A stretch of 46,361 nt of DNA from an uncultured Bacteroidales bacterium (GTDB lineage Bacteria; Bacteroidota; Bacteroidia; Bacteroidales; Paludibacteraceae). The DNA lies in the NCBI GenBank assembly GCA_947167395.1, contig CAMVHW010000001.1:1-46361 (forward strand). Direction: 5' to 3'. Shown here one piece after another: positions 20,697 through 31,607 of the stretch; position 1 is the first letter of the stretch; the number at the start of each line of letters is the position of its first letter. The notes under the pieces were generated by a model. That model saw nothing but the letters and a program-made list of their open reading frames with translations. It was not told where the DNA came from and made no database searches. A program made the position numbers and the translations under genes.

Positions 20697-21170
20697 TTAC
20701 TTATCTGTTCTTGTCAATTCAACTCCTAATTGAGTCACGCCTCTGAGTTGCTCACTCCTCATCCCCTGTCTTACACTAATCATATAAGTCCCTGTATCAG
20801 TAAAATGATAATTATGCTCATACTGCACCGGCATTCGTATATGGCCATTCCTGCCATCACCTAACCACCTACCTCTCTCATCTGCCAAGAAAATCTCAAT
20901 AGTATCTGTTTGTGCGGCAAAAGAAGCCTCCTTGGTCGTTACAAACAACCACATATTTTGATATGGATAGTTATCTTGGTGACGGAGATGAAAGAGTATA
21001 TCGTATGAGTTGATTGTATCAGGTATTGGAAACGAAAACAAAATTGGTTCATCTTTGTCCCAACCGACAGGGTCTATGTTTGTAAAATCAGAATAAACCA
21101 CCTTGTCAGTACAAGACAACAAGAACAAACTATTCAGCAGAAGGAGCAGTATTTTTCGTTTTATTGTCAT
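20697..21170 (-). CDS. gldH: GldH-family lipoprotein
   Basis: 157 aa. It has a lipoprotein signal (LLLLNSLFLLSC). The size and the pattern ...F..IDPVGWDKDEPILF...YDILFHLRHQDNYPYQNMWLFV resemble GldH. It follows the PSP1 gene, as commonly seen in Bacteroidota. Confidence 0.6.
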   Translation of the reverse strand: MTIKRKILLLLLNSLFLLSCTDKVVYSDFTNIDPVGWDKDEPILFSFPIPDTINSYDILFHLRHQDNYPYQNMWLFVTTKEASFAAQTDTIEIFLADERGRWLGDGRNGHIRMPVQYEHNYHFTDTGTYMISVRQGMRSEQLRGVTQLGVELTRTDK

Positions 21171-22155
21171 TTTTTCTAAAAGGTTTTCTGTTCATATCGC
21201 CTCGCCGCGAGTCATTTCGACCATTACGGTCACGGTGCTGATTATTCTTCGCCTGCTTATCAAAACGGCTGAAATCATCTTGACCGACCACATTCTGATA
21301 ACCTAAATCAACTTCCTCCGTCTTTTCTTGTGTGCCGTTGCTTCCTAATGAATACCCTCGTTTCCGTGCCTCTTCGTACAATGATATTTCATAATTAAGA
21401 CAGCATTTCAGTTTAGCGCACTGACCGGCTAATTTCTGTGGATTAGGCGATAAATTCTGCAGTCTTGCCGCACCTGTGCCGACTGAAGTAAAATTGGTCA
21501 TCCATGTTGAGCAACATAACTCGCGCCCGCAAGGTCCCGTACCACCAATTCTACCTGCCTCCTGCCGAGCACCTATCTGCTTCATCTCAATACGTATATG
21601 GAAATTCTCGGCATAGACCTTTATCAACTGACGAAAATCGACACGTCCATCGGCAATATAATAGAAAATAGCCTTCGTTCCGTCACCCTGAAACTCCACA
21701 TCGCCTATCTTCATTTCCAAACCTAACATCTTGGCGAATTGACGCGCCTTAATCATCGTTTCGTGTTCACGGTTATGAGCATCCTTGGCTACTTGTAAAT
21801 CATCATCGGTAGCAAATCGTTTTACAGCACGTATCTCATAACGATTCAAGTCTATACGATTCTTCTTAATCTGATTAAGCACCAACCTGCCTGTCAATAC
21901 CACTTCACCTAAGTCATACCCCGGATTGGCTTCCACAATAACCAACTTACCCTTCTCCAACGGCAGTTTATCCACATTATGGAAATAACCTTTTCTTGTA
22001 TTCTTGAACTGAACCTCCACAATATCAGTTTCTCGTATATTCTCCGGCAAGTCGTTCAGATAATCGGTTACCGGCAACATGTGTGCCGAATTGCGAAAAC
22101 ACGATTTGGACGAGAACTGACAAGCATTCTTATTTAACGTAAATCGATTGTTCAT
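21130..22155 (-). CDS. PSP1 domain protein (RicT/YaaT-like)
   Basis: 341 aa. A conserved PSP1 core (...VVEANPGYDLGEVVLTG...) and a Cys cluster (GPCGRELCCSTWM...CAKLKCCLNYE) are present, followed by a basic disordered tail. The 3' end overlaps gldH by 41 nt. Confidence 0.8.
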   Translation of the reverse strand: MNNRFTLNKNACQFSSKSCFRNSAHMLPVTDYLNDLPENIRETDIVEVQFKNTRKGYFHNVDKLPLEKGKLVIVEANPGYDLGEVVLTGRLVLNQIKKNRIDLNRYEIRAVKRFATDDDLQVAKDAHNREHETMIKARQFAKMLGLEMKIGDVEFQGDGTKAIFYYIADGRVDFRQLIKVYAENFHIRIEMKQIGARQEAGRIGGTGPCGRELCCSTWMTNFTSVGTGAARLQNLSPNPQKLAGQCAKLKCCLNYEISLYEEARKRGYSLGSNGTQEKTEEVDLGYQNVVGQDDFSRFDKQAKNNQHRDRNGRNDSRRGDMNRKPFRKNDNKTKNTAPSAE

Positions 22156-22178
22156 ATTCTTTCCTCAATTTATCAATC

Positions 22179-23324
22179 TCATTTCTTCATAAACACAATC
22201 ATCTGCAAACACATATCAAAAAATATAATCTTTGCATTTCCGTTTTGGCTGATTTGTCTCTCCGCCTTTGACAATTCCGACATTATCAACTCTACATTTC
22301 TATCTGTTATAAACGGAGCAAATCTCACGCTAAAAGCCTTTTCCTTTACAGTGAGATAAGTAATGTCCTCGCTGCCGAAATTATAAATAAAATTTTCTCT
22401 GATCTGCCGTTGAACAAACTGCAAAAAAGCCTTTTGCCTCTCACGCCCCATCTCCTTCGAATCAGCCATTTTCTCGCTCCACTTCTTCATACGCTGCAAA
22501 GCAACATAATCCTTATTGTAAGCAATCGACCAAGCATTACGCATTAACGCAATAAAATCGTCCATAAACATAGCGGCTTGGTCGCTCTGCTCCAACATCT
22601 TCAAAGCTCTCAAGTAACTGCCTTGTGAAAGCCGTGCTATATCCTTCGCTTTTAAGGGGTCATTCACTTTTTCATAAACGGCACTCTCTATCTCCTCTTC
22701 CGAAAGAAGAGGAATACGTATGAGTTGAAGACGACTGATAATAGTGGGAAGCAACTGCTCAGGATTCTCACTCACAAAAAGGAACAGAGTCTTTTGAGGA
22801 GGTTCTTCGAGAATCTTCAGTATCTTGTTGGCACAGGTAACGTTCATTCTTTCCGGCTGCCAAATAATCATTATCTTATATCCGTTTCCAAACGGTTTGA
22901 ACGACAATTTTCGTAAAATCTCAGCACTCTCTTTTTCGTATATTATCGATTGTTTGTTCTCCACCCCCATAGCCCTGTTCCAGTCGTCCATAGAAAAATA
23001 ATGACTCTCTGTCACCATCTGCCGGAACAGTGATAGAAAATCATCACACACATCTGAAGAATCAGTCTTAACAATGGGGAATACAAAATGAAGGTCAGGA
23101 TACTGCAGTTTCTCCATCTGCAAACAGTTAGGGCAAACTCCGCAAGAATCGTCTTCGGTACGATTAGGACAATTCAAGTATTGCGCATACGCCAACGCAA
23201 GCAGCAACTTACCTACCCCTTGTCTGCCTGCAAACAACTGTGCATGAGGCACACGCCCCTCATTAACAGACAATCGTAACTGACGCTTAACACCTTCTTG
23301 ACCTATTATATCGCGAAAACGCAT
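22179..23324 (-). CDS. holB: DNA polymerase III subunit delta'
   Basis: The start was set at ATG 23324-23322 (MRFRDIIGQ...). The supplied ORF extends to a GTG at 23345. Supporting motifs are the AAA+ motif GRQGVGKLLLALAYAQYLNC and the Zn-module CGVCPNC. Confidence 0.85.
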   Translation of the reverse strand: MRFRDIIGQEGVKRQLRLSVNEGRVPHAQLFAGRQGVGKLLLALAYAQYLNCPNRTEDDSCGVCPNCLQMEKLQYPDLHFVFPIVKTDSSDVCDDFLSLFRQMVTESHYFSMDDWNRAMGVENKQSIIYEKESAEILRKLSFKPFGNGYKIMIIWQPERMNVTCANKILKILEEPPQKTLFLFVSENPEQLLPTIISRLQLIRIPLLSEEEIESAVYEKVNDPLKAKDIARLSQGSYLRALKMLEQSDQAAMFMDDFIALMRNAWSIAYNKDYVALQRMKKWSEKMADSKEMGRERQKAFLQFVQRQIRENFIYNFGSEDITYLTVKEKAFSVRFAPFITDRNVELIMSELSKAERQISQNGNAKIIFFDMCLQMIVFMKK

Positions 23325-23362
23325 TAGAAATTCGGTTTGTAACACTTAATCTTTCAAGCGCG

Positions 23363-23370
23363 CAAAAGTA
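23363..23370 (-). promoter_or_regulatory. Candidate -7 box (TACTTTTG) for holB
   Basis: caaaagta on + lies 39 nt upstream of ATG 23324. Confidence 0.45.
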
Positions 23371-23422
23371 TGTAATAATCAATAAACATACAAACATTTT
23401 TGCCGAAAACAAAAAAAGCCCT

Positions 23423-23430
23423 TACTTTTG
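23423..23430 (+). promoter_or_regulatory. Candidate -7 box (TACTTTTG) for the CCA-adding enzyme gene
   Basis: tacttttg overlaps the TTG 'start' of the supplied ORF (23428). This argues for the ATG at 23464. Confidence 0.5.
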
Positions 23431-23463
23431 CGCTCCTTTTTGACTGCTTATTACTACCATAAT

Positions 23464-24885
23464 ATGCTATACGAGTACAAAGACATAGACCTGCCTATAC
23501 TCCATACAATAGGTCATGAAGCCGATTTGTTGGGAATGGAATGTTACGTTATCGGAGGATGGGTTAGAGACCTTATTCTGAAAAGGCAAAGCAAAGATAT
23601 TGATATCGTTGTGGTAGGTAGCGGCATTAAATTGGCAGAAGCGGTGGCTCGTAGATTAGGCAAATACTCTCACTTGTCGGTATTCCATACCTACGGCACT
23701 GCACAAGTAAAAAACAGAGAGATTGAACTGGAATTCGTAGGTGCAAGAAAAGAAAGTTATAGACACGACAGCCGAAACCCCATAGTTGAAGACGGTACGC
23801 TCAAAGACGATCAAAACAGACGCGATTTCACCATCAACGCCTTGGCTATCAGCCTTAACGAAAACACCTATGGTGAATTATTGGATCCGTTTGGAGGAAT
23901 AAGCGATATTCGCGAAATGATAATCAGAACACCTCTTGACCCAGACATCACCTTCTCTGATGACCCATTGAGAATGATGAGAGCCATAAGGTTTGCCACA
24001 CAATTAGGTTTTTACATAGACCGTTCCACCTTCGATGCTATTGCTCGCAATAAAGAGAGAATAACCATAATCACCAAAGAGAGAATAGCAGACGAGCTGA
24101 ACAAGATAATGCTGTCTCGTCGCCCGTCGGTAGGATGGAAACTGATTGACAACTCCGGCTTACTGCCATACATATTCCCGGAATTAGCCACTCTAAAAGG
24201 CATTGAAACCAAAGAAGGCAAAGGGCATAAAGACATATTCCTGCATACTATGCAAGTATTGGATAATGTTGCTGCTCAATCCGACAATCTTTGGCTGCGA
24301 TGGGCTGCACTCCTACACGATATAGGCAAACCCCGTTCCAAAGCGTGGGATCCTAAATCGGGTTGGACATTCTACAATCATAACTACATAGGAGCCAAGA
24401 TGATACCGCGCATTTTCAAGAATATGAAACTGCCTCAAAATGAAAAAATGACCTATGTAATCAAAATGGTTGATCTCCACATGCGTCCTATTCACTTGAT
24501 AGAAGAAGAGGTAACCGACTCTGCTGTCAGACGATTGCTCTTTGAAGCAGGCGACGACATTGACGACCTGATGATACTATGTAATGCAGACATTACATCA
24601 AGAAACAACGAGAAAGTGGAACGCTTCCATCACAACTATGAGATAGTTAAACAGAAAATGGTAGAGTTGGAAGAAAAAGACAGAATAAGAAACTTTCAAC
24701 CACCTATAAAAGGCGATGAGATAATGTCCCTGCTTAACATACAACCTTGCAGCGAGGTCGGTATGCTGAAAAGTGCCGTTAAAGACGCTATTTTAGACGG
24801 TATCATACCTAACGAATACGAACCTGCAAAAGCATATATGCTGCAAAAAGCAACGGAGATGGGATTATATACTAAGGAGAATTAA
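23464..24885 (+). CDS. CCA tRNA nucleotidyltransferase / poly(A) polymerase-family protein with an HD domain
   Basis: 473 aa from ATG 23464. It has a nucleotidyltransferase head ([22 protein letters not shown]) and an HD domain (LLHDIGKP). Confidence 0.85.
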   Translation: MLYEYKDIDLPILHTIGHEADLLGMECYVIGGWVRDLILKRQSKDIDIVVVGSGIKLAEAVARRLGKYSHLSVFHTYGTAQVKNREIELEFVGARKESYRHDSRNPIVEDGTLKDDQNRRDFTINALAISLNENTYGELLDPFGGISDIREMIIRTPLDPDITFSDDPLRMMRAIRFATQLGFYIDRSTFDAIARNKERITIITKERIADELNKIMLSRRPSVGWKLIDNSGLLPYIFPELATLKGIETKEGKGHKDIFLHTMQVLDNVAAQSDNLWLRWAALLHDIGKPRSKAWDPKSGWTFYNHNYIGAKMIPRIFKNMKLPQNEKMTYVIKMVDLHMRPIHLIEEEVTDSAVRRLLFEAGDDIDDLMILCNADITSRNNEKVERFHHNYEIVKQKMVELEEKDRIRNFQPPIKGDEIMSLLNIQPCSEVGMLKSAVKDAILDGIIPNEYEPAKAYMLQKATEMGLYTKEN

Positions 24886-24898
24886 AAAATATTACAAT

Positions 24899-26362
24899 AT
24901 GTTACAGATTTATAACACCTTAACTCGTCAAAAAGAGTATTTTCGTCCTATTCACGAAGGTTATGTGGGTATTTATGTATGCGGTCCCACTGTTTATGGT
25001 GATGCTCATCTGGGGCACGCTCGACCGGCAATAACTTTTGATATTCTTTACCGCTACCTACAATATCTTGGATATAAAGTTAGGTATGTGCGCAACATAA
25101 CCGATGTGGGACACCTTGAGCACGATGCAGACGAAGGAGAAGATAAAATAGCCAAAAAAGCACGCATTGAGCAGTTGGAACCAATGGAAGTTGTTCAATA
25201 CTATACCAATCGCTATCACCACGATATGGAAGCACTCAATGTTCTTCCCCCATCCATTGAGCCACACGCGAGCGGACATATAATGGAGCAAATAGATTTT
25301 ATACAAAAAATTTTGGATCAAGGCTATGCCTACATCAGCGATGGCAGCGTCTATATGGACGTAGAAAAATACGCCAAGGATTTTCATTACGGTATATTGA
25401 GTGGCAGAAACCTCAATGATATTGTTACGGATACACGCGAATTAGACGGACAAAACGAGAAAAAACACAGTTACGATTTCGCTTTATGGAAGAAAGCCGC
25501 ACCAGAACATATTATGCATTGGCATAGTCCGTGGTCTGAAGGCTTTCCCGGATGGCATATGGAGTGCTCTGCTATGGGCTGCAAGTACTTGGGCGAACAG
25601 TTTGATATTCACGGCGGCGGAATGGATCTTATGTTCCCTCACCACGAAGCGGAAATAGCACAGAGTTGCGCCGCATTGGGACATCAGACAGTTAAGTATT
25701 GGATGCACAATAATATGATAACCATTGCCGGCAAAAAGATGGGTAAGAGTTATAATAATTTTATCACCTTGCAACAGTTTTTTAACGGTGAACACGAACT
25801 TTTGTCAAAGCCCTTTTCGCCTATGACCATCAGGTTCTTCATACTGATGGCTCACTATCGCTCGACAGTGGACTTCTCCAGTGAAGCATTAGAAGCAGCA
25901 GAAAAAGGGCTTTCAAGACTCAAGGAAGCATACAGCCGCTTAATGACACTAAAACCTGCGGAGAAAACAAATATCGAACTTTTCGACCTTAAAGAAAAGT
26001 GCAATGAGGCTATGGACGATGACCTTAACACCCCCATAGTCATATCCAATCTATTTGAGTCTGCCAAAGCCATCAATACTATTTACGATGGTAAAGCAAC
26101 GATTTCATCGGAAGACTTAGACAAACTTCAATCAACTTGGAAAACCTTTGTGGTGGATATTCTCGGTTTAATAATGGACGATACTGCAGGTTCTACAAGC
26201 AATAACAATGCTTATAAGGGTGCGGTCAATCTGTTGCTAACAATTCGTCAAAGAGCCAAACAGAACAAGGATTGGGCAACCAGTGATGAGATACGAAATG
26301 CCTTGACGCAAATGGGCTTTACCATAAAAGATAAGAAAGACGGATTCGAGTGGTCCTTATAA
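24899..26362 (+). CDS. cysS: Cysteine--tRNA ligase
   Basis: 487 aa. It has the HIGH motif (GDAHLGHAR), KMSKS (KMGKS) and the [11 protein letters not shown] Zn site. Confidence 0.97.
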   Translation: MLQIYNTLTRQKEYFRPIHEGYVGIYVCGPTVYGDAHLGHARPAITFDILYRYLQYLGYKVRYVRNITDVGHLEHDADEGEDKIAKKARIEQLEPMEVVQYYTNRYHHDMEALNVLPPSIEPHASGHIMEQIDFIQKILDQGYAYISDGSVYMDVEKYAKDFHYGILSGRNLNDIVTDTRELDGQNEKKHSYDFALWKKAAPEHIMHWHSPWSEGFPGWHMECSAMGCKYLGEQFDIHGGGMDLMFPHHEAEIAQSCAALGHQTVKYWMHNNMITIAGKKMGKSYNNFITLQQFFNGEHELLSKPFSPMTIRFFILMAHYRSTVDFSSEALEAAEKGLSRLKEAYSRLMTLKPAEKTNIELFDLKEKCNEAMDDDLNTPIVISNLFESAKAINTIYDGKATISSEDLDKLQSTWKTFVVDILGLIMDDTAGSTSNNNAYKGAVNLLLTIRQRAKQNKDWATSDEIRNALTQMGFTIKDKKDGFEWSL

Positions 26363-26386
26363 ACGCTATATATCACTGATTAACAA

Positions 26387-26833
26387 ATGGCTATCCATAA
26401 CGACATAGGCAAGTGGGGGGAGGATGTTGCAGCCAATTTGCTTACGCAAAAAGGTTACCGCATTTTAGAGCGAAACTGGCACATTGGTCATTTGGAGGTT
26501 GATATAATTGCCCAAGAAGATGATACGGTTATCTTTGTGGAAGTTAAGACTCGTACAACAACGTTTGGGGACAAACTTCCCGAAGAATACGTTGATAAAG
26601 AAAAGGAAACCAATGTATGTAAGGCGGCAGGTGTATATATCAAACAGCATAGAATAGATGGCAATGTTCGCTTTGATATAATAAGCATATTGGTTGACTC
26701 TTCTACCTTAGGAATTAACAGATTAGAGCATATAGAAAATGCTTTCTATCCACCATTGAGAACCATCGATTCCTATTCTTACTCACATTCTTATTCAAAC
26801 CAATATAAGCGCAAAAGACGCTTTCTTATATAA
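26387..26833 (+). CDS. yraN: YraN-family (UPF0102) endonuclease-like protein
   Basis: 148 aa. GEDVAANLLTQKGYRILERNWH...EVDIIAQEDDTVIFVEVKTR is the YraN PD-(D/E)XK core. The tail is low-complexity (SYSYSHSYS) and basic. The stop overlaps the mnmG ATG (TAATG). Confidence 0.85.
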   Translation: MAIHNDIGKWGEDVAANLLTQKGYRILERNWHIGHLEVDIIAQEDDTVIFVEVKTRTTTFGDKLPEEYVDKEKETNVCKAAGVYIKQHRIDGNVRFDIISILVDSSTLGINRLEHIENAFYPPLRTIDSYSYSHSYSNQYKRKRRFLI

Positions 26834-28719
26834 TGGCAGAACTCAAATTCGATTACGACATAATAGTGGTAGGTGCCGGTCATGCCGGTTGCGAGGCTGC
26901 TTCGGCTGCTGCCATATCGGGCAGTAAGACACTATTGATAACACAGGATATGAATACTATAGCCCAGATGAGTTGCAATCCTGCCATTGGCGGAATAGCA
27001 AAGGGGCAGATAGTAAGAGAAATAGACGCACTCGGCGGACAAATGGGCATAGTGGCAGACAAGTCTGCAATTCAGTTCAGAATGCTTAACCAGAGTAAGG
27101 GACCGGCAATGTGGAGTCCACGATGTCAAAGTGATCGAAAGAAATATATCACCGAATGGATTAGCGTATTAAACTCCATTTCCAACCTCTATATATGGCA
27201 AGACACAGTTTCATCGCTAATCATAAAAAGCAACCGGATATGTGGTGTTAAAACCGGATTAGGAGTTGAGTTTAACGCCAAAGCGGTTATACTGACCGCA
27301 GGCACATTCCTCAACGGCAATATGCATTTTGGTGAAGTACAGATACGAGGAGGAAGGATAAGCGAGTCATCATCGCTGAATATAACAGAGCAACTTGTCA
27401 ATTTAGGTTTTCGGGCAGGGCGTATGAAAACAGGTACTCCGGCACGAGTAGATAAGCGAAGTATTGATTTCAGCAAACTGACAGAACAACAAGGTGAGAA
27501 CACCAATAGAAAATTCTCATTCCTTCCTTCCGTCCACCGCGTCTTGCAACAACAAAGTTGTTGGATAACATATACCAATTCTCTAACCCACTCTATTCTT
27601 AAAGACCACTTGACCGAATCACCTCTATACAACGGGCAGATTCAGAGTATAGGTCCGCGTTATTGTCCGAGTATAGAAACGAAGATAGTAACATTTGCAG
27701 ACAAAGAGGCACACCAAATTTTTCTTGAACCCGAAGGCGAGAACAGCAATGAATACTACATCAACGGCTTTTCGTCCAGTATGCCATGGCAAGTGCAGTG
27801 GGAAGCATTAAGAACAATCAAAGGACTGGAGAATGTGGTTCTCTATCGTCCGGGATATGCCATCGAATATGACTACTTCGACCCCACCCAACTACACCAT
27901 TCGTTAGAAACCAAACTAATAAGCGGTCTTTTTTTTGCCGGACAGATCAATGGTACCACCGGATATGAGGAGGCTGCCGGTCAAGGTCTGATTGCGGGCA
28001 TAAACGCACATAGAAAAATCAACAGTTTGGAAAAGTTTACTCTATCGCGCGACGAGAGTTATATAGGCGTATTGATTGACGATTTGGTAACTAAAGGAGT
28101 GGACGAGCCTTATCGAATGTTCACTTCTCGTGCTGAATACCGTATTCTGCTTCGCCAAGATAATGCCGACAGAAGACTGACCGAAAAAGGCTACCAAATA
28201 GGCTTGGCAAACGAAGACAGGTATAAAGTCTATAATAATAAACTAACGAAAATCGAGACAATCATCAACCTATTACATACTCTCACTATTAGTCCCGACA
28301 CAGCCAATCCTATTCTTCAAAGTAAGCAGTCGTCGACGATTACCAAAACCGCTCACATTCACGACCTTCTGACTCGCCCAGAAATAAACATAGTTGATTT
28401 ACTGTCATTGACTCCACAGATAAACAATCTCATTTCCGACGAGACATCCGCTATCCAAGAAGAGATAATAGAAGAAGTTGAGATAGAGGTTAAGTATGCC
28501 GGCTACATAAACAGAGAGAAACAGGCAGCAGACAAACTACACAGATTGGAGCAGGTTAAACTAAAAAGCGATATTGATTATAACACTATTCAATCACTCA
28601 GCACCGAAGCGAGACAAAAACTATCCGCCATTAAGCCCGCATCGATAGCCGAAGCAAGCCGTATTCCGGGTGTCAGCCCAAACGACATAAGCGTACTATT
28701 GGTCTTAATGGGCAGGTAA
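26833..28719 (+). CDS. mnmG: tRNA uridine-5-carboxymethylaminomethyl modification enzyme MnmG (GidA)
   Basis: 628 aa. YDIIVVGAGHAGCEAA...MSCNPAIGGIAKGQIVREIDALGG is canonical MnmG. Confidence 0.97.
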   Translation: MAELKFDYDIIVVGAGHAGCEAASAAAISGSKTLLITQDMNTIAQMSCNPAIGGIAKGQIVREIDALGGQMGIVADKSAIQFRMLNQSKGPAMWSPRCQSDRKKYITEWISVLNSISNLYIWQDTVSSLIIKSNRICGVKTGLGVEFNAKAVILTAGTFLNGNMHFGEVQIRGGRISESSSLNITEQLVNLGFRAGRMKTGTPARVDKRSIDFSKLTEQQGENTNRKFSFLPSVHRVLQQQSCWITYTNSLTHSILKDHLTESPLYNGQIQSIGPRYCPSIETKIVTFADKEAHQIFLEPEGENSNEYYINGFSSSMPWQVQWEALRTIKGLENVVLYRPGYAIEYDYFDPTQLHHSLETKLISGLFFAGQINGTTGYEEAAGQGLIAGINAHRKINSLEKFTLSRDESYIGVLIDDLVTKGVDEPYRMFTSRAEYRILLRQDNADRRLTEKGYQIGLANEDRYKVYNNKLTKIETIINLLHTLTISPDTANPILQSKQSSTITKTAHIHDLLTRPEINIVDLLSLTPQINNLISDETSAIQEEIIEEVEIEVKYAGYINREKQAADKLHRLEQVKLKSDIDYNTIQSLSTEARQKLSAIKPASIAEASRIPGVSPNDISVLLVLMGR

Positions 28720-28754
28720 TTGTTCCACGTGAAACATTTATAAAAACACATACT

Positions 28755-29279
28755 ATGAACAAGGAAGAATTTAAGGCATCTATCAGAAACATTCCTGACT
28801 TTCCAAAAGAGGGGATACAGTTTAAGGACATTACGACATCACTCAAAAATCCCGAATGTCTGAAATGGGCAAAGGAAAGCGTTGTAAGACTATACAAAGA
28901 TAAGGGGATAACACAAGTTATAGGTTTAGAGAGCCGCGGGTTTATTATCGCGCCTGCCGTTGCGATGGAACTGAATGCGGGTTTTGTGCCAATACGCAAG
29001 CCGGGGAAACTCCCTGCCGATGTGATAAGTATAGAATACAGCAAAGAATATGGCACAGACAGTATTCAGATTCACAAGGATGCATTGACGGAAAACGATA
29101 TTGTCCTAATTCACGATGACTTGTTAGCAACAGGAGGAACGATAGAAGCAGCAATAAAATTGGTGAAATCAATCGGTGTAAAGAAGATATATGTAAATTT
29201 TCTAATTGAATTAAACGACTTAAAAGGAAGAGATATTATTGACAAAGACATAGAAATAACGAGTTTAGTCAGTTTCTGA
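28755..29279 (+). CDS. apt: Adenine phosphoribosyltransferase
   Basis: 174 aa. It has DFPKEGIQFKDIT..., GLESRGFI and the PRPP motif VLIHDDLLATGGT. Confidence 0.95.
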   Translation: MNKEEFKASIRNIPDFPKEGIQFKDITTSLKNPECLKWAKESVVRLYKDKGITQVIGLESRGFIIAPAVAMELNAGFVPIRKPGKLPADVISIEYSKEYGTDSIQIHKDALTENDIVLIHDDLLATGGTIEAAIKLVKSIGVKKIYVNFLIELNDLKGRDIIDKDIEITSLVSF

Positions 29280-29281
29280 AA

Positions 29282-31102
29282 TTGAATACGAACAACGAAC
29301 ATCTTATTTCAATTCTCAACCGTATTCCTCACGAGCCGGGGGTATATCAATACTTCAATAGTGATGGTGAGATAATCTATGTAGGAAAAGCAAAAGACCT
29401 GCATAGAAGGGTTAATAGTTACTTTCAGAAGGAACACGAATGGAACAAAACGCGGCAACTCGTTAAGAACATAAGTGATATAAAATACATTGTTGTTCCA
29501 AACGAGCAGGACGCGTTTCTATTGGAAAACAATCTTATTAAGCAGTATCAACCTCATTACAATATACTTCTTAAAGACGGCAAATCATATCCAAGTATAT
29601 GCATAACCAAGGAAGAATACCCACGCATATTCAAAACAAGAAAAAGAATAAAGAACGCAGGTACGTACTATGGCCCTTATAGTTATGGCAATACAGTAGA
29701 TTTAGTATTAGAAATAATTCACAAACTTTTTCCATTACGAACTTGCAACACTCCCATACAGCAACAAAACATTGACAAGCAAAAATACAAAGTATGCCTT
29801 AAATATCATTTGGGAACTTGCTGCGGAATATGTGAACAGAAAATAACAAAAGCCAAGTATGATGAATATATAGATCAATCGAAAAAAATAATCCGAGGTG
29901 ATGCCCATATACTGGTCAGACAACTGAGAGAAGAAATGATCACAGAATCTGAAAAAATGAGGTTTGAGAAGGCACAAGAAATAAAAGAAAAGATAGATTT
30001 AATCGAGAAATTCTGTAGCAAAACGATTATTGTAAATGACACAAAAAACGACTTCGATGTTTATGGCTACACAGAAGAAGGAAATCAGATATACGTTTCG
30101 GTGCTAAGTATTCATAATGGTTCAATAGTAAAAGGTCAGACGGTAACCTTTATGCGACAGGATGAAGAAACGAAAGAAGAGATATTAGCACAAGCGATAG
30201 CATATCTTAGAAACGAAATAAACAGCGAAAACAAAGAAATAATTGTTCCGTTTATTCCCGATTATACCGAAGAAAACATACATATAAACATCGCCACAAG
30301 TCGCGAGAAGAAACAGTTGCTGGCACTGGCTATGCATAATGTTCAGCAATACAAAGACGACTGCCTCAAACAAAGCGACAAACTGAATCCGGAACAAAGG
30401 TCAATGAGGATTCTAACTAAACTGAAAGACCTATTAGGATTGCCAGAAACTCCAGTTTTAATCGAAAGTTTTGATAATTCCAACATACAGGGAAGCGACG
30501 CAGTGGCTGGTTGCGTTGTATTTAGAAAAGGAAAAAAGAGCAAGGCTGACTACAGAAAATATCAAATTAAGTCGGTTGAGGGGCCAGACGACTATGCAAG
30601 TATGCGAGAGATAGTAAAGCGACACTACTCAAAATATATTGAGGAAAACAAGGTTTTACCCAATCTTATCATTGCCGATGGAGGAGAAGGACAGATGAAC
30701 GCAATAAAAGAAGTGTTACATCATCAGTTAGGCTTAAGTATTCCTGTCGCCGGATTGAAAAAGGATGACAAACATAGAACTAACGTACTGTTATATGGGG
30801 AGCCTATACAAGAGATAGGTTTGAAAGTAACAGATGAACTGTTCCGATTTTTGGTAGAGATACAAGACGAAGTTCACCGATTTGCCATTTCATACCATAA
30901 AAACAAACGAAGCAAGACCCAAACGAAGAGCGAATTAGATGATATTCAAGGAGTTGGAGAGATAACAAAGCAAAAAATACTGAATTATTTCCATTCTGTT
31001 AAGCGCGCTAAATCAGCAAGTCGGGAGGAATGGGAGAAAGTAGTCGGAAAGAGTTTAGGGTCAAGACTTTACGAGCATTTTAGCCAACAAATATCCCTTT
31101 GA
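29282..31102 (+). CDS. uvrC: Excinuclease ABC subunit C
   Basis: 606 aa with a TTG start. It has a GIY-YIG domain (GVYQYFNSDGEIIYVGKAKDLHRRVNSYF), a UVR domain and a C-terminal HhH. Confidence 0.95.
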   Translation: MNTNNEHLISILNRIPHEPGVYQYFNSDGEIIYVGKAKDLHRRVNSYFQKEHEWNKTRQLVKNISDIKYIVVPNEQDAFLLENNLIKQYQPHYNILLKDGKSYPSICITKEEYPRIFKTRKRIKNAGTYYGPYSYGNTVDLVLEIIHKLFPLRTCNTPIQQQNIDKQKYKVCLKYHLGTCCGICEQKITKAKYDEYIDQSKKIIRGDAHILVRQLREEMITESEKMRFEKAQEIKEKIDLIEKFCSKTIIVNDTKNDFDVYGYTEEGNQIYVSVLSIHNGSIVKGQTVTFMRQDEETKEEILAQAIAYLRNEINSENKEIIVPFIPDYTEENIHINIATSREKKQLLALAMHNVQQYKDDCLKQSDKLNPEQRSMRILTKLKDLLGLPETPVLIESFDNSNIQGSDAVAGCVVFRKGKKSKADYRKYQIKSVEGPDDYASMREIVKRHYSKYIEENKVLPNLIIADGGEGQMNAIKEVLHHQLGLSIPVAGLKKDDKHRTNVLLYGEPIQEIGLKVTDELFRFLVEIQDEVHRFAISYHKNKRSKTQTKSELDDIQGVGEITKQKILNYFHSVKRAKSASREEWEKVVGKSLGSRLYEHFSQQISL

Positions 31103-31124
31103 GAATTAAATATTTTTAAGCACT

Positions 31125-31607
31125 ATGGTATCTTACACGTTAAAAAAGCAGGAAAATGAAGACTATTGTCTTCTCAATGAGGATGGAAATATAGTTTCTT
31201 TTAACGATATAATGACGCGTGTCGGCGAACAACGTGTAATTGCTTTATATGGAGGAATGGGCAAAGGCAAGACAACGCTTATCAAGTCTATATGCAAAGA
31301 ATTGGGGGTTACTGATGCAGTTAACAGTCCTACATTCGCTATTGTCAATGTATATGACTTACCCACCACAGATAATAAAAACATCATCGGTAATGATGCT
31401 CACACCATATATCATTTCGATTGTTATCGTCTGAAGAACATAATTGAGGCTATTGACTTAGGAGCGGAAGAATATATCTATTCAGGTCAATACTGCTTTA
31501 TTGAATGGCCTGAAATAATAGAGAGTATTTTACCGCCCAAAATAGCAACCATAACAATTGAATTGCTTCCCGAAGGAGATAGGAAAATTATTTTGGAGGG
31601 AGAGTAA
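31125..31607 (+). CDS. tsaE: tRNA t6A37 biosynthesis ATPase TsaE
   Basis: 160 aa. It has the Walker A LYGGMGKGKTTLIK, SPTFAIVNVY and HFDCYRL. Confidence 0.9.
   Translation: MVSYTLKKQENEDYCLLNEDGNIVSFNDIMTRVGEQRVIALYGGMGKGKTTLIKSICKELGVTDAVNSPTFAIVNVYDLPTTDNKNIIGNDAHTIYHFDCYRLKNIIEAIDLGAEEYIYSGQYCFIEWPEIIESILPPKIATITIELLPEGDRKIILEGE

Noticed and set aside
26788-26830. Low-complexity SYSYSHSYSNQYKRKRRFLI tail on YraN.
   Set aside because: It is probably just a lineage-specific disordered tail created by overlap with the mnmG start region. There is no independent signal and I cannot test it here.
26831-26835. TAATG and ATGA stop/start overlaps (mrp/MATE at 8651-8655, yraN/mnmG at 26831-26835, proC/proB) and the 41-nt PSP1/gldH overlap.
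   Set aside because: These are ordinary operon packing in compact bacterial genomes. They are noted as evidence of co-transcription only.
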